Assembly: GCA_044224875.1 (NCBI GenBank)
Contig: JBGAJQ010000015.1
Location: forward strand, 21,562 to 85,561
From: Gemmatimonadaceae bacterium
GTDB lineage: Bacteria > Gemmatimonadota > Gemmatimonadetes > Gemmatimonadales > Gemmatimonadaceae
Length of the DNA: 64,000 bases
Direction of reading: 5' to 3'
Positions 39,588 to 49,843 of this stretch are shown here, one piece after another (position 1 is the first letter of the stretch; each line of letters begins with the position of its first letter). The position numbers and the translations under genes were made by a program. Under the pieces are notes generated by a model. That model worked only from the letters and a program-made list of their open reading frames with translations. It was not told where the DNA came from and ran no database searches.

Positions 39588-41516
39588 ATGAGCGAACACT
39601 CGCCACAACCGGCTACCGAGAAAGAGGCCCGCGACGTTGCCGAAGCGGCGCGCGAAACTGAATGGCAGCACCCGAGCTTCGTGCAGGAGCTTTTTCTCGG
39701 GAGGTTTCGGCTTGACTTGATCCATCCGCATCCCGAGCGGCGTGATCCAGACGAGCAAGCTCGTGCCGAGGTCTTTCTCACGCGTCTTCGAGCCTTCATG
39801 GAGCGGCTGGATTCGGAGGAGATCGACCGTACCGGCGAGATTCCTGAATCCGTCGTTCAAGAACTGCGCGACATGGGAGCATTCGGCATCAAGATCCCGC
39901 GCGAGTACGGCGGGCTCGGGTTGTCGCAAATGACGTACATCCGCGCCATGCAGATGGTGACGGCCAAAGACGGCAGCCTCGTTGCCATGCTGTCGGCGTC
40001 GCAGTCCATCGGCGTTCCGCAGCCACTGGCGTTGTTTGGCACGGAGGAGCAAAAGCAGCGCTTCTTTCCGCGTCTGGCCAAGGGCGCGATCAGCGCGTTT
40101 GCCCTGACGGAAGTGAACGCCGGTTCCGATCCGGCGAACATGGCCACCACGGCCACGCCCACGGAAGACGGCGAACACTTCATCATCAACGGCGAGAAGC
40201 TCTGGATCACGAACGGCACGCGCGCAGAGCTATTCGTCGTCATGGCGCGCACACCCGACCAGGTCCTTCCGGGCGGTAAGAAGCGCAAACAGATCACGGC
40301 CTTCATCGTGGACGCCGCCGCACCGGGCGTCGAAGTGCTCCATCGTTGCCGCTTCATGGGTTTGAAGGCGATCGAGAACGGCTGGATTCGATTCCGAGAC
40401 GTGAAGGTGCCACGCGCCAACATCCTCTGGGGCGAAGGAAAGGGGTTGAAGCTGGCGCTCGTCACCCTGAACACTGGGCGCCTGACGATCCCGGCGGGTT
40501 GTGCAGGCGCCGGCAAGGCGATGCTCCGCGTCATTCGCAGTTGGGCCAACGAGCGCGTTCAGTGGGGTCAGCCGATCGGCCGTCACGACGCGATCGCCCA
40601 GAAGATCGGCCGCATGGCGGCTGACACGTTCGCCATGGAATCGATCGCCGAGCTTTCGACCGCGCTCTACGAACGCGGAGGATACGACATACGGTTGGAG
40701 GCGGCGATTGCCAAGTTGTGGAACACCGAGACGGGCTGGCGCATCATTGACGACGCGCTGCAGATCCGCGGCGGTCGTGGTTACGAGACAGCCGCGTCGC
40801 TGGAGGCGCGCGGCGAAGCACCGATCCCGATCGAACGCGCGATGCGCGACTTTCGCATCAACCTGATCTTCGAGGGTTCGTCGGAGATCATGCGGTTGTT
40901 TATCGCGCGCGAGGCGGTCGACAAGCACTTTGCCCTGGCGTTCCCGATCGTGAACCCCGATTCCACCATGTCGCAGCGCTTGGCGGCCATGCGGAAGTCG
41001 GCGCCCTTCTATGCGACCTGGTATCCCAAGCGATGGCTGTCGGAACTCAGGCCGACCGCGCATGGCGAGTTTGGTCCGCTGGCGGAGCATGTGCGGTTCA
41101 TCGAGCGCGCCACGAATCGACTGGGTCGCTCGATCTTCCATGCGATGGTGCGATTTGGCCCCAAGTTGGAGCGACGACAACTGGTACTGTTCCGAGCGGT
41201 CGACATTGGCGCCGAGTTGTTCGCGATGTCGGCGGCTTGTGTGAGGGCCCAGATGTTGGCACGGGGGGGTCGAGCCGAGGCGTATGAGCTGGCGGATGTG
41301 TTCTGCCGGGGCGCGCGCGGCCGGATCGCGCAGACATTTCGGGCGTTCTACGGACCCAGCGATGTGGCGCACTATCGTCTGGCGCAGCAGGTGCTCGAGG
41401 GCAAGCACGCCTGGTTGGAGGCAGGGATCGCGGGCTGGGACCTGGCCACAACGACAGCCAGCACCCCTGCACAGCATTCGAGCGTGGTCGGCGAACCAGT
41501 CGCCGCCGTGCGCTGA
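39588..41516 (+). CDS. Acyl-CoA dehydrogenase (ACAD9/VLCAD-like)
   Basis: FALTE..AGSD, NGEKLWITNG, GGRGY, IFEGSSEI. Confidence 0.93.
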   Translation: MSEHSPQPATEKEARDVAEAARETEWQHPSFVQELFLGRFRLDLIHPHPERRDPDEQARAEVFLTRLRAFMERLDSEEIDRTGEIPESVVQELRDMGAFGIKIPREYGGLGLSQMTYIRAMQMVTAKDGSLVAMLSASQSIGVPQPLALFGTEEQKQRFFPRLAKGAISAFALTEVNAGSDPANMATTATPTEDGEHFIINGEKLWITNGTRAELFVVMARTPDQVLPGGKKRKQITAFIVDAAAPGVEVLHRCRFMGLKAIENGWIRFRDVKVPRANILWGEGKGLKLALVTLNTGRLTIPAGCAGAGKAMLRVIRSWANERVQWGQPIGRHDAIAQKIGRMAADTFAMESIAELSTALYERGGYDIRLEAAIAKLWNTETGWRIIDDALQIRGGRGYETAASLEARGEAPIPIERAMRDFRINLIFEGSSEIMRLFIAREAVDKHFALAFPIVNPDSTMSQRLAAMRKSAPFYATWYPKRWLSELRPTAHGEFGPLAEHVRFIERATNRLGRSIFHAMVRFGPKLERRQLVLFRAVDIGAELFAMSAACVRAQMLARGGRAEAYELADVFCRGARGRIAQTFRAFYGPSDVAHYRLAQQVLEGKHAWLEAGIAGWDLATTTASTPAQHSSVVGEPVAAVR

Positions 41517-41616
41517 ATCTCTGGGACTTGCCGTGCGCCTAGCGCGCAGGTGTAGGTCAGTCGCGTGAAGTAGTCAACCAATGGTCATCGTCGCCGTTCA
41601 CAGGGGGAGTGAAATC

Positions 41617-43131
41617 ATGCGTCGTCTGCTGGCGATTCTCGCCGTGGTCGGGGTGTCATCCTGTGGTCGTCCGGTGCGCGTGTCACCGGGGGCAGAGCGG
41701 GTAGAGCCGGTCGTGCGCGTACTCTCTCTTAACGACGTCTACGTCGCCGATGCCCTGCGTGACGGCACGGGGGGAGTGGCACGAGTCGCCTACCTGCGCG
41801 ACTCGTTGGCTCGTCGGGGTCCGCTACTGTTCTTGCTGGCGGGGGACGTGCTGGCCCCGAGCCTGCTGAGCAAGTGGTACGGTGGGTCGCAGATGGTCGA
41901 AGTGTTCAACGCCGCAAAGCTCGACTACGCGACGCTGGGCAATCACGAGTTCGACATCACCCAGGCGCAGCTGGAATCCCGTTTGCGGGAATCGCGCTTC
42001 AAATGGGTTGCGGCAAACTGTCGGCGCGCGGACGGAACGTCCTTTCCCAATGTGCGAGGATGGGACACCGTGCGAACAGCGGGCGTCTTGGTCGGCGTCG
42101 TCGGCGCCACGCTGGTGACGCGATATCCTCGATGGGTCAGGTGCACCGAGCCCGAGACCGCGGTCCATGCGGCGCTGGACACCCTTCAGCGCGCGGGGGC
42201 GCGCTTCATCGTTGGCCTGACGCACCTGTCGGTGCGGTCGGACTCCGCGCTGCTCGCCAATGAACCGCGAATTGACCTCATCGTCGGTGGACACGAGCAC
42301 ACACAGCAACGCGTCGAGATTGGGCAGCGCCTCGTGCGGAAGGCCGACTCTGACGCCCGTACCGCCGTTCTGGTGGATGCGTTCGCCCAGGGTGACCGTT
42401 GGCGCGTGGTGGATCAGCTGGTGCCGATCAACGCGATGCTGCCCAGCGAACCCGCCACGGCGGGCATCGCCGCGAGGTGGGCCGACTCACTAGTTAGGCA
42501 TCTCGGACCGGTGCGCGTCCTGGGCCAAAGCGCCGAGCCCCTGGACCTGCGCGATTCGGCGGGGCGGAACGGCGAGGGACGATTTGGCAACCTGGTCACC
42601 GACGCGATCCGCGCCGGCACCGGGGCCGACGTCGCCCTGCTCAATGGAGGCGCCTTGCGGCTCGACGACCTCATCGAGGGCGGTCCGATCACCAACCATC
42701 AGCTCGAATCCATCTTCCTCTTTGCCGACGAGACGCGCGTCGTCGTATTTGAGGTGACTGGCGCGTTGCTGAAGGAGCAGCTGACACAGAACGTCCGCAC
42801 ACAAGTTGGGGTGGGCGGGTACTTGCAGGTCTCGGGCATCCTGTTTGGCTATGACGCCACCAGGCCGAGTGCCGAGCGCGAGGTGTTGCACCTGAGTCGC
42901 ACCGATGGCCGAGCGATCCTGGATACCGATCGCTTGCGGCTGGCGGCGGTTGGTTACATGGCGTGCAACGGGGGCGACGGGTATACGATGGTGGACGCCT
43001 CTCGCGACGCCTGCGCCGGGCTTGGGCGCGCGCCGCGCACGGTGGACCTGCTCATGGCGTACGTTGCGTCGATGCCCGGTGGGCGCATCGTCCAGCCGCC
43101 GATCGATCGGGTGTCCACGTCGAGCCGTTAG
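41617..43131 (+). CDS. Bifunctional metallophosphatase/5'-nucleotidase lipoprotein
   Basis: NDVY, AGD, GNHEFD, GGHEH, NGGALR; lipobox VSSC. Confidence 0.88.
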   Translation: MRRLLAILAVVGVSSCGRPVRVSPGAERVEPVVRVLSLNDVYVADALRDGTGGVARVAYLRDSLARRGPLLFLLAGDVLAPSLLSKWYGGSQMVEVFNAAKLDYATLGNHEFDITQAQLESRLRESRFKWVAANCRRADGTSFPNVRGWDTVRTAGVLVGVVGATLVTRYPRWVRCTEPETAVHAALDTLQRAGARFIVGLTHLSVRSDSALLANEPRIDLIVGGHEHTQQRVEIGQRLVRKADSDARTAVLVDAFAQGDRWRVVDQLVPINAMLPSEPATAGIAARWADSLVRHLGPVRVLGQSAEPLDLRDSAGRNGEGRFGNLVTDAIRAGTGADVALLNGGALRLDDLIEGGPITNHQLESIFLFADETRVVVFEVTGALLKEQLTQNVRTQVGVGGYLQVSGILFGYDATRPSAEREVLHLSRTDGRAILDTDRLRLAAVGYMACNGGDGYTMVDASRDACAGLGRAPRTVDLLMAYVASMPGGRIVQPPIDRVSTSSR

Positions 43132-43601
43132 GCGTCTCGGCCGGCCTCACCCAGGGACATCTCGCGGTCAATGGACAGGGGTGCCCGAATGGACGGCGCG
43201 CCCAGCTGCCGTCGCAACGTATGCACGTCCCAATACGTGTGCTGTCGGGCGATCCGGCCGGCCCGAAAGCGAGTGACGGTACACCCGTGAATCTCGATCC
43301 GACGCCCCGTCGCAGACATGCCGCGAAAATCACCACGATGCGTGCCCGATGCGATCCAGGTGGCGGTGACCATTTCGCCATCGCCAAACACCTCGATAAG
43401 GTCGAAGTGCAGGTCGGGAAATGCGACGTTCATGACGCGTGCGTACTGTCGGAGCCCGTCCCTTCCCACGATCGGCGACACGTTCGTGTCGCTGTCCATG
43501 AGGAATCCGTCAGCTACATCGCGCGTAAGTTCCGGCCAGTCGTGGTTATTCCACGCTTCGAACTGGCGGCGGACTACGGAGAGATTGCCAACACCTGACA
43601 T
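43128..43601 (-). CDS. Ester cyclase / SnoaL-like protein
   Basis: AFPDL, GTHRG.F.G..ATG motif. Confidence 0.85.
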   Translation of the reverse strand: MSGVGNLSVVRRQFEAWNNHDWPELTRDVADGFLMDSDTNVSPIVGRDGLRQYARVMNVAFPDLHFDLIEVFGDGEMVTATWIASGTHRGDFRGMSATGRRIEIHGCTVTRFRAGRIARQHTYWDVHTLRRQLGAPSIRAPLSIDREMSLGEAGRDA

Positions 43602-43722
43602 GCGCGCCCCCGGTCATCTGGCGCTCCGGTGGCCCGGGACGCCTCGCGCAACAATGAGCAACGGCGATCACACTGTCAATCGAGCGGTCATGGTGACCGA
43701 AATGTTGCGACTGCCCCGGGCG

Positions 43723-45105
43723 TCAGGCGATGTGAAGGACGGTACGCGCGATGTTGAAGTAGATCACCAGGCCCGTGACGTCCACCAGCGACGCGACGAA
43801 CGGAGAGGACGCGACGGCAGGGTCGAATCCCAGGCGGCGGAAGATGAGGGGGAGCATGGCACCGACGACCGTGCCCACCAGCACGACCGCCACCAGCGCG
43901 CTGGCAACCACGAGCGCCACCGATGTGGGGCTGCCCCACATGAGGGCGCGCAAAAACCCGATGCCCCCGAGCGGCAATCCCAGCGCCACGCCCTGACCGA
44001 GTTCGCGCAGCAAAACGCGAAGGGCGTCGCGCACCTCGACGTCACCCACGGCCAAGGCGCGCGTAATGAGGGTAGCGGACTGCGAACCCGAGTTTCCACC
44101 CGAGGAAATGATCAACGGGATGAACAGGGTGAGCGACAGTGCCGCGGCCAAGGTGTCCTCGTAATAGCGCATCGCCGTGCCGGTGAACATCTCCCCGACA
44201 AAGAGGAAGACCAGCCAGCCGACGCGCTTCTTGGCCACACTCCAGAATCCCGCACTGAAGTACGGCTCCTCGAGCGGTTGCACGGCGCCAAGCCGCTGCA
44301 CGTCCTCAGTCTGCGCCTCGACGATGGCGTCGATGACGTCGTCGACCGTAATCACGCCGACCAGCTTTCCGAATCCGTCGACGACGGGCACGGCCACCAG
44401 GTCGTATTCGGAGGTGAGGCTGGTGACATCCGAGCGGTCGGCGTTCGCCGCCACCTTTACCACCTCGCCCGTCATCACATCCGCCACGATGCTCCCCTCG
44501 GGAGCTGCAACCAGTTCGCGTAGCGACATGACGCCAAGGAGCACCCCGTCGTCGTCCGTGACGTAGATCGCGTGCATCGACTCCCGCTGCCCGGAACGGG
44601 CGGCGGAACGTACACGCGTGAGCGCATCCTCGATCGTTAGGCCCTGCGGGACGGCAACAAACTGCGTCGTCATCAGGCCGCCCGCCGTGTCCGGCTCGTA
44701 CTGCAGCAGGCGCTCGGTCTCCTGACGCGCCGCGCTCGGCAGGTCCGACAGGATCTCGTCGGCGGTCTCTTCCTCGAGTTCCTCGAGGACGTCGGCCCGC
44801 TCGTCTGGCGTCATGGCGCCCACGAGTTGTGCGGCCAACTCGGGGTTCATGTCCTCGAGCAGCGTCGCGCGCACTTCCTCGTCGATGTACTCGAGCACGG
44901 CGCCCGCCCGCTCATTCCCCAGCGCGCGCAGGAACTCCGTCACCTTCTCCTGCGGCATCAACTCGGCGATGTCCGCCAGGTCGGCCGGGTGCATCTCCTC
45001 AGTCTCCGCCGCCACATCGTTCGGCGACTCCTCGAGGAGCGCGAGAATGTCCGGCGCGAGAAGGGCGGCGATCGGACGCTCCGGGTTTCGCGGCGAGATC
45101 ATCAT
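43723..45105 (-). CDS. mgtE: Magnesium transporter MgtE
   Basis: HPADLA, CBS pair, SGGNSGSQ, DPAVASSPF....DV. Confidence 0.95.
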   Translation of the reverse strand: MMISPRNPERPIAALLAPDILALLEESPNDVAAETEEMHPADLADIAELMPQEKVTEFLRALGNERAGAVLEYIDEEVRATLLEDMNPELAAQLVGAMTPDERADVLEELEEETADEILSDLPSAARQETERLLQYEPDTAGGLMTTQFVAVPQGLTIEDALTRVRSAARSGQRESMHAIYVTDDDGVLLGVMSLRELVAAPEGSIVADVMTGEVVKVAANADRSDVTSLTSEYDLVAVPVVDGFGKLVGVITVDDVIDAIVEAQTEDVQRLGAVQPLEEPYFSAGFWSVAKKRVGWLVFLFVGEMFTGTAMRYYEDTLAAALSLTLFIPLIISSGGNSGSQSATLITRALAVGDVEVRDALRVLLRELGQGVALGLPLGGIGFLRALMWGSPTSVALVVASALVAVVLVGTVVGAMLPLIFRRLGFDPAVASSPFVASLVDVTGLVIYFNIARTVLHIA

Positions 45106-45309
45106 AGCACCCGTCCTGCAACAGAGATCGGACCATCTGTCACGCCGATCGACGCAACGCGCGCGCAAGTTACCGGCGAGCAAACGCATGAACAAGCCGA
45201 GGTCGCGTCACAGTTCCAACCGCCGATCTCGATCGACGACGGAGTGCGCGCCCTTCCAACCGGCGCGACGAATGCCCACCTTTCGCGCGCACCTTCTGCC
45301 TCTCTTCTC

Positions 45310-46203
45310 ATGCGTGTCGCGTTCCTCGGGCTCGGCGCCATCGGCGCCCCAATGGCCTCGCACGTCGCCAAGACCTTCGATCTCGTCGTGTGGAACCGAA
45401 CGGGTGAAAAGTCCGTCGCGTTTGCCGCGCAACACGGCGCCAAGAGCGCTCCAACCCCAGCCGATGCGGTGCGCGGTGCTTCCATCGTCATCACCTGCCT
45501 CCCCACCTCACGCGAGGTCGAGGAGATCTTGCATGAGCCAAAGGGCGCCGGCCTGCTCGCCGGATTGGAGAGTGGCACCACGCTGATCGATGCCACGAGC
45601 GGGGACCCGGCCTCGTCTCGACGCATTGCGGCGCTCCTCGCGGAGCGAAAGATCGGATTCATCGATGCGCCCGTGAGCGGAGGCGTGGTGGGCGCAGAGA
45701 AAGGTGCCCTGACGATCATGGTTGGCGGCGACCAAGCGACGCTCGACCGTGCCATGCCCGTGCTCGAGACGTACGGAAAGAAGATTGTCTTGGCCGGTCC
45801 CGTGGGCGCCGGTCACGCGCTCAAGGCAGTCAACAACGCACTCCTTGCCGTTCACATCTGGTCGGCAGGAGAAGGACTGGCGGCTTTGGCCAAGGCCGGC
45901 GTTTCTCCCAAGGCAGCACTCGAAGTGATCAACGCCTCGAGCGGGAGGTCCAATGCCTCGGAGAACCTGATTCCGCAGCGCGTCCTGACACGAGCATTCC
46001 CTCGCACGTTCCGACTGGCGTTGCTGGAGAAGGACGTGGCGATCGCGGCGGACTTCCTGCGCGACCAGAAGGTGGCGTCACCCGTGTTGCAGCAGATCGC
46101 CGAGTTGTTTCGGCTGGCGCGCGTGGAGTTAGGCGAGGAGGCCGATCACGTGGAGGCCGTACGGTTGATCGAGCGCCACGCGCGTCAGGAAATCACGGGT
46201 TGA
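45310..46203 (+). CDS. NAD(P)-dependent oxidoreductase, 3-hydroxyisobutyrate dehydrogenase family
   Basis: GLGAIG, DAPVSGG, KAVNN. Confidence 0.9.
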   Translation: MRVAFLGLGAIGAPMASHVAKTFDLVVWNRTGEKSVAFAAQHGAKSAPTPADAVRGASIVITCLPTSREVEEILHEPKGAGLLAGLESGTTLIDATSGDPASSRRIAALLAERKIGFIDAPVSGGVVGAEKGALTIMVGGDQATLDRAMPVLETYGKKIVLAGPVGAGHALKAVNNALLAVHIWSAGEGLAALAKAGVSPKAALEVINASSGRSNASENLIPQRVLTRAFPRTFRLALLEKDVAIAADFLRDQKVASPVLQQIAELFRLARVELGEEADHVEAVRLIERHARQEITG

Positions 46204-46218
46204 AAGAGGAGACAGCGC

Positions 46219-47472
46219 ATGGCGACACCGGTTGAGGCGCTCTCGGGCGTGATGACAGTCGACGAGCTTCGCTCCCGCTTTCCGGCGCTGAAGCGGCAGC
46301 ACGGCGGGCACACGGTGGCGTACTTCGACGGACCTGGTGGGACACAGGTACCGAGTGACGTGGTCCGCGCCATGAGCGACTATCTCCTACACCACAACGC
46401 GAACACGCACTGGAACTACCCGACCTCGGCGGAAACGGACGTCCTGATTGCCGAGGCCCGGACGGCGATGGCGGATTTCTTCAATTCGCGTTCGGACGAG
46501 GTAGCGTTCGGGAACAACATGACGACGCTCACGTTTCACATTGCAAGAGCGTTAGGCAGGGGTTGGGGCGCGGGCGACGAGGTGATCGTCACCGAGCTGG
46601 ACCATCATGCGAACATCGCCCCGTGGCGTGATCTGGCGAAGGAACGTGGCGTGACGGTCCGGACGATTCCGTTCGATCCCGCCACCGGGTTGCTCGACTG
46701 GGAGGCACTGGAGCGCACCCTTGGCCCCCGGACGCGGTTGCTGGCGATCGGTGCCGCGTCCAATGCGCTTGGCACGATCAACGACGTTGCGGCCGCTTCC
46801 CGATTGGCGCATGCCGCGGGGGCGCTATGCTTTGTGGACTCCGTGCACTTTGCGTCACATGGGGTGACCGACGTACGCGCGATCGGCTGCGACCTGCTGG
46901 TGTGTTCACCCTACAAGTTCTACGGTCCCCACGCTGGCGTGGCGTACATCCGTGCGGATCTTCTTGCGTCGCTCGATGTGCCAAAGCTGGATCCGGCGCC
47001 TAACGAAATCCCCGACCGTCTGGAGACGGGGACGCAGAACCACGAGGGGATTGTTGGAACTGGGGCCGCCGTGGATTTCCTGGCGTCGTTGGCGCTGGCC
47101 GGCGGAAGCCGGCGAGAGCGACTGGTGCGTGTGTTGAGCGCACTGCACGATCGCGGCGACGAACTCGTGCAACAGATGTGGGAGGGCCTTGCCGCGCTCC
47201 CCCGGGTTCGACTGTACGGGCCCAAACCGGGGTCGTCGCCAAGGACGCCGACGATTTCGTTTGTGGTGGACGGAATCGCGTCGGGCGACGTGGCTACCCG
47301 ATTAGCTGCACGCGGTATCTTCGTCTCCCACGGAGACTTCTACGCCGCCACGATCATTGAACGACTCGGCCACGCGGTTGACGGCGTGGTGCGAGCAGGC
47401 TGTGCGTGTTATACCACGTCCGATGAGGTGGATCGATTGGTGTCGGCAGTCGCTGAGATAGCCAGCAAGTAG
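46219..47472 (+). CDS. Cysteine desulfurase-like class V aminotransferase
   Basis: YFDGPGGTQVP, LDHHANI.PW, SPYKFYGPH. Confidence 0.9.
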   Translation: MATPVEALSGVMTVDELRSRFPALKRQHGGHTVAYFDGPGGTQVPSDVVRAMSDYLLHHNANTHWNYPTSAETDVLIAEARTAMADFFNSRSDEVAFGNNMTTLTFHIARALGRGWGAGDEVIVTELDHHANIAPWRDLAKERGVTVRTIPFDPATGLLDWEALERTLGPRTRLLAIGAASNALGTINDVAAASRLAHAAGALCFVDSVHFASHGVTDVRAIGCDLLVCSPYKFYGPHAGVAYIRADLLASLDVPKLDPAPNEIPDRLETGTQNHEGIVGTGAAVDFLASLALAGGSRRERLVRVLSALHDRGDELVQQMWEGLAALPRVRLYGPKPGSSPRTPTISFVVDGIASGDVATRLAARGIFVSHGDFYAATIIERLGHAVDGVVRAGCACYTTSDEVDRLVSAVAEIASK

Positions 47473-47587
47473 GTCGAGGCGAGGAACTTGCATCTCCGCG
47501 TTGTCTGCGATGTCTGGGGTGCCAGATGGCGCCCTTGAATCGTATTTTGTGGAACCCTCCCCACGTCGCTCAATCCCTGCCCCCCGA

Positions 47588-48664
47588 ATGCTCTTCCGCC
47601 GTCCCTGCGCGTTCTCTCTGTCGCTCTTGGCGACGGTGGGATGCCGTACCAGCAGGCAGCCCACGCCGGAAAGCAGTTTTGTCATCAACGCCGGTGACTC
47701 GACTTATTGGGTGACGACGTCGGCGACAGCATCGAAGGTGCGCAGCGCGCCCTTTCTTCTGGTGTCGGTGGATGGCCGGTTTCACGAGATCTTCGTCGCG
47801 GACGATGACCAGTCGTTCTACAACGCGGGCGGCGTGGCGCGCGAGTACCAGCGCACGCATCCTAACGAGCGCCAGTTGGATGCTGATGAGGAAGAGAACC
47901 CTGACGCCGAAGCGATCGCCAGCACCGATACACAGGTGATCGAGGTGTTGGGGCCGTACCTCACCTACGAGCAGCATCTCGACCTGGACGGCCCCTGGCT
48001 GCGGCCAGCACATACCACGCGTCGGGGGGTTATCGACCTGCGGACACGTGAACCTGTCTCCCTTGCTTCATTGGTGGGCGAGGGACCGGCGGCGACGCTG
48101 TGGATGCGTGGGGTATCGCTCCTTGGCTCGGCCCGCGACTCGATTGGCTCCATGGCCGATGCTCGTGCGGCGCGTGCCAAGGAGGCCATGGGTGGGTTCG
48201 AGTTCGATTCGAGTTCGTTCTCGGTGATTGAAAGCGCCGGCGCACCAGCCATCGCGTTCTATGTGCCGGGGCACGGACTTCGAGCTGGCGGATACGCGCT
48301 GCCCTTGGACCCCATCGACATTCCGGCGGGGACCTGGTGGAACGACGCACGGACGACCCTTCCCGCGGCGGAACCCGGCGGCTCCGACATCTGGCACGGT
48401 CGCGAGTATGACGTGGTGGCACGGTACGACTCTTCCGATGGAGCTGCCGACGTGTACGTGCGCGCGAAGGGAAGCGAGCACGCGGTACATGTGGCGCGCG
48501 TCCAGGGCCCAGTGCGGCGCGTGCTGCGCGTCGACACCCAGAGGGGCGACGAGACCCTGCGCGCGCTGCGACGAGCGTTTGACGACGCGGTACTTTATTC
48601 GGGTGACGCGCGTACCGCGTCTGTTTCGCTCACGCCGCGCGTGGCGCTCCTACCCGCATCCTGA
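47588..48664 (+). CDS. Hypothetical lipoprotein
   Basis: Signal peptide ending TVGC; long ORF; no recognised domain. Confidence 0.65.
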   Translation: MLFRRPCAFSLSLLATVGCRTSRQPTPESSFVINAGDSTYWVTTSATASKVRSAPFLLVSVDGRFHEIFVADDDQSFYNAGGVAREYQRTHPNERQLDADEEENPDAEAIASTDTQVIEVLGPYLTYEQHLDLDGPWLRPAHTTRRGVIDLRTREPVSLASLVGEGPAATLWMRGVSLLGSARDSIGSMADARAARAKEAMGGFEFDSSSFSVIESAGAPAIAFYVPGHGLRAGGYALPLDPIDIPAGTWWNDARTTLPAAEPGGSDIWHGREYDVVARYDSSDGAADVYVRAKGSEHAVHVARVQGPVRRVLRVDTQRGDETLRALRRAFDDAVLYSGDARTASVSLTPRVALLPAS

Positions 48665-48674
48665 CCTCCGCATC

Positions 48675-49169
48675 GTGTCTTCCACCACGCGTCCAAGTCG
48701 GCCGTGTCAGGCGTCGCAGCATGAAAGTTCCGAGATCATGATGCCGCAGCATGCCAACAACCTCGGGCACGTGTTTGGCGGTGTGATCATGGCCATGATG
48801 GACACGACCGCGGCCGTGGCGGCCATTCGCCACGCACGAAACACCTGCGTGACGGCGTCCATCGATCGCGTGGACTTCCGCGAACCCATTCACGTCGGCG
48901 ACCTGGTCGTGATGAAGGCGTCGGTGAACTACGTCGGGCGATCATCCATGGAAGTCGGCGTACGCGTGGAGGCTGAGGACATGCTCACCGGTAGTCGCCG
49001 TCACACGAATTCGTGTTACCTGACGTTCGTGGCGGTGGACCGGAACGGCCGACCCGTGGAAGTTCCAGAGGTGGTGGCAGAAACACCCGACGAGAGGCGC
49101 CGCTTCAGCGCGGCCGTCGAGCGCCGCCGCCGGCGTCTCGAGGAGAGACAGGCCGAAGGGCAGGGATGA
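48675..49169 (+). CDS. Acyl-CoA thioesterase (hotdog fold)
   Basis: P.HAN.LG.VFGG, VTASID, GRSSMEVGV. Confidence 0.92.
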   Translation: MSSTTRPSRPCQASQHESSEIMMPQHANNLGHVFGGVIMAMMDTTAAVAAIRHARNTCVTASIDRVDFREPIHVGDLVVMKASVNYVGRSSMEVGVRVEAEDMLTGSRRHTNSCYLTFVAVDRNGRPVEVPEVVAETPDERRRFSAAVERRRRRLEERQAEGQG

Positions 49170-49173
49170 CGCC

Positions 49174-49608
49174 TTGACCGACGTCGTGACGATGGCGAGG
49201 CTTCCTGCCATGAATCGCACCTTCACGGTCGAGCAGGCGAATCGAATGCTGCCGCTCGTCCGGCGGATTGTCGAAGATATCGTGAGCCACTATGCCGAAT
49301 GGCAGCAAGTCGTCGGCGAGTTTGAGGTGGCGAGTGCTACCGTGCCGGCCACTCCACGAGCCATCGAGCTGCAACGGCTGGCGGAACGCTTGGCAGGCGA
49401 TATCGAGCGTTTTGTCGGTGAACTGCAGGCCCTTGGCGTGGAGTTCAAGGGATTCGACATGGGCTTGGTCGATTTCCCCAGCGAGCGGGATGGCCAGCCA
49501 GTTCTGCTGTGTTGGAAGTTGAACGAGCCCACTGTGGCGCACTGGCACGCGCGGGAAGATGGGTTCGCCGGCCGTCAGCCACTCACTCCCGTTCCAAGCG
49601 TTCCCTAA
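49174..49608 (+). CDS. DUF2203 family protein (start may be 49210)
   Basis: FTVEQAN.MLP, GLVDFP, LCWK..E.....WH....GF.GR.P. Confidence 0.88.
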   Translation: MTDVVTMARLPAMNRTFTVEQANRMLPLVRRIVEDIVSHYAEWQQVVGEFEVASATVPATPRAIELQRLAERLAGDIERFVGELQALGVEFKGFDMGLVDFPSERDGQPVLLCWKLNEPTVAHWHAREDGFAGRQPLTPVPSVP

Positions 49609-49621
49609 CCGTCAGTCAGCC

Positions 49622-49843
49622 ATGAAGAGCTATCGATCACCCGACGGCACGTGGTGGGGTGTGACCGTAAAGTGCCCGAGCCACAGCAGCGCGATGGTGG
49701 TCTTTGCGCACCCGGACGGGAGTACCTCGCGCCGCGATCGCTATGCCTGGCTCAACTCGCACACTGCGGACGCCAACGATCCGCAGGCACGGTTGAAGCC
49801 GGCGGCAGTCCTTGCCACGCTGGACGACGCCACGCTGGTCTAG
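49622..49843 (+). CDS. Small hypothetical protein
   Basis: ATG-started ORF in line with upstream genes. Confidence 0.5.
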   Translation: MKSYRSPDGTWWGVTVKCPSHSSAMVVFAHPDGSTSRRDRYAWLNSHTADANDPQARLKPAAVLATLDDATLV